Below are positions 33,281-34,298 of a stretch of 34,298 bases of DNA, piece by piece (positions within the stretch are counted from its first letter, which is position 1; each line of letters starts with the position of its first letter). The DNA comes from Patescibacteria group bacterium. Lineage in GTDB: Bacteria > Patescibacteriota > Patescibacteriia > Magasanikbacterales > GWA2-37-8. Both the position numbers and the translations under genes were made by a program. The notes beneath the pieces were generated by a model. It saw nothing but the letters and a program-made list of their open reading frames with translations. It was not told the origin of the DNA and made no database searches. The stretch is taken from contig JBAZUP010000003.1 of the NCBI GenBank assembly GCA_041661385.1, positions 1 through 34,298 of the forward strand, given 5' to 3'.

Positions 33281-34140
33281 ACGCAATTATCGTTGACGAC
33301 GAACCATTAGTAGGCGAATATTTACGAAAAGAGTTGGAATATTTTCCCGATATTGAAGTCTTGAAAGTAATTGATTGTCCGTTGCAAGCATTGGAATTTT
33401 TAAAAGAAAACAATGTCGATATTGTTTTCACCGATATACGTATGCCTAAACTTAATGGTATGGAATTAGCAGAAGAAATATATTCGATAGCGCCAAACGC
33501 GGAAATTGTATTTGTAACGGGATACGCAGATTATGCAGTAAACGCTCATGAATTAGACGTCATGGATTTTTTAATGAAACCTGTTGAACAAAAACGATTA
33601 AAAACAACGATTAACAGAATACGAAAAGAAATTGAAATCAACAGATTACTTAAAAACGTCAAAAATGATGTAACGATTAATTTTTTTGGAAAATTTGAAG
33701 TATTTATTGGTGATACAAAATTGCTGTTCAAAGGGAAAAAACAAGAAGAGTTTCTTGCGCTTTTGGCCCATTATGAAAACGGTGTAAAAAAAGAAACCAT
33801 AGAAGAAACATTATGGCCCAATTTGGACTCGGCGCGTGCCGGAACAATAATGCGTGTAACTATTTATCGATTAAGAAATATTTTGAAAAATTCAAATATT
33901 TCCATTGAAAACGGTAAATCGTTATGTTGTCAATTAATTTATCCATATTGGAATAGTGACGTAAACATTTTGGAGAAAATGTTATCCTCATCAGAACCAA
34001 TAACCAAAGAACAAATAACAAAAATGCAAAAAATATATAAAGACGGTTATATGGCTATTAATGCATACGATTGGGCAAGAGATAAAAGAGCGGAATGGAA
34101 TAGACGTGTCGCAAAATATATAGATGTAGAAAACCTATGA
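33277..34140 (+). CDS. Response regulator: REC domain fused to a SARP/BTAD-type winged-helix output (COG3947-like)
   Basis: REC: IIVDDEP, FTDIRMP (phospho-Asp), LMKP (Lys). Output: FFGKFEVFIGD..LFKGKKQEEFLALLA..ETLWPNLD..RVTIYRLRNIL. The start overlaps the kinase stop (ATGA). Confidence 0.88.
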   Translation: MNAIIVDDEPLVGEYLRKELEYFPDIEVLKVIDCPLQALEFLKENNVDIVFTDIRMPKLNGMELAEEIYSIAPNAEIVFVTGYADYAVNAHELDVMDFLMKPVEQKRLKTTINRIRKEIEINRLLKNVKNDVTINFFGKFEVFIGDTKLLFKGKKQEEFLALLAHYENGVKKETIEETLWPNLDSARAGTIMRVTIYRLRNILKNSNISIENGKSLCCQLIYPYWNSDVNILEKMLSSSEPITKEQITKMQKIYKDGYMAINAYDWARDKRAEWNRRVAKYIDVENL

Positions 34141-34298
34141 TAAAACAAATCAAACTTTCAATCTTAACGGCTTTCTTGATTATATTTTTATCTCAACTTG
34201 TTTCATCTGAAACACCAACAATTTACGAAATAACCGACGCCCATAATCACTATACCGATATATTGCAAAACTCAAACGGTATAAATGCGTATATTAAG
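34137..34298 (+). CDS. 5' fragment of a secreted protein; possible amidohydrolase-type DxHxH motif
   Basis: The ATG overlaps the regulator stop (ATGA). MIKQIKLSILTAFLIIFLSQLVSSE is a signal peptide, followed by ITDAHNHY. The ORF runs out of the window. Confidence 0.4.
   Translation, partial: MIKQIKLSILTAFLIIFLSQLVSSETPTIYEITDAHNHYTDILQNSNGINAYIK

Overview
AT-rich bacterial chromosomal window. Secretin and inverse-autotransporter genes imply an organism with an outer membrane, but the lineage cannot be assigned from sequence alone. The left third (914-11442) is one co-directional, tightly packed type IV pilus / type II secretion-like operon. It encodes PilM/N/O/P-like proteins, a secretin, a GspE/PilB ATPase, a GspF/PilC platform, three GspG-like pilins (two of them a tandem duplicate), two minor pilins and a minimal A24 prepilin peptidase. 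It is preceded by the 3' part of an IscB-like OMEGA nuclease gene whose stop overlaps the first pilus gene. One minor pilin carries a phage tail-collar / HxH-rich fibre-like C-terminus, which is the most unusual object here. The middle holds a 1338-aa inverse autotransporter with about 12 CarboxypepD_reg-like repeats. It is followed by a visibly more A+T-rich accessory block: a stand-alone NrdD-type glycyl-radical domain protein, a 4xHTH XRE protein, an SLT transglycosylase, an M48 peptidase, mazEF, an 801-aa pentapeptide-repeat protein, a DUF4116-repeat protein and a frameshifted ssb. The right part holds an MHS-type MFS transporter, a TnpB-only IS200/IS605-family element, a PAS-LuxR plus methyltransferase operon, a CI/Cro-like switch with an MmcB-like nuclease, and a LytS-type kinase with a REC-SARP regulator. 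No rRNA, tRNA or CRISPR array was recognised. All family assignments rest on motifs read by eye, not on database searches.
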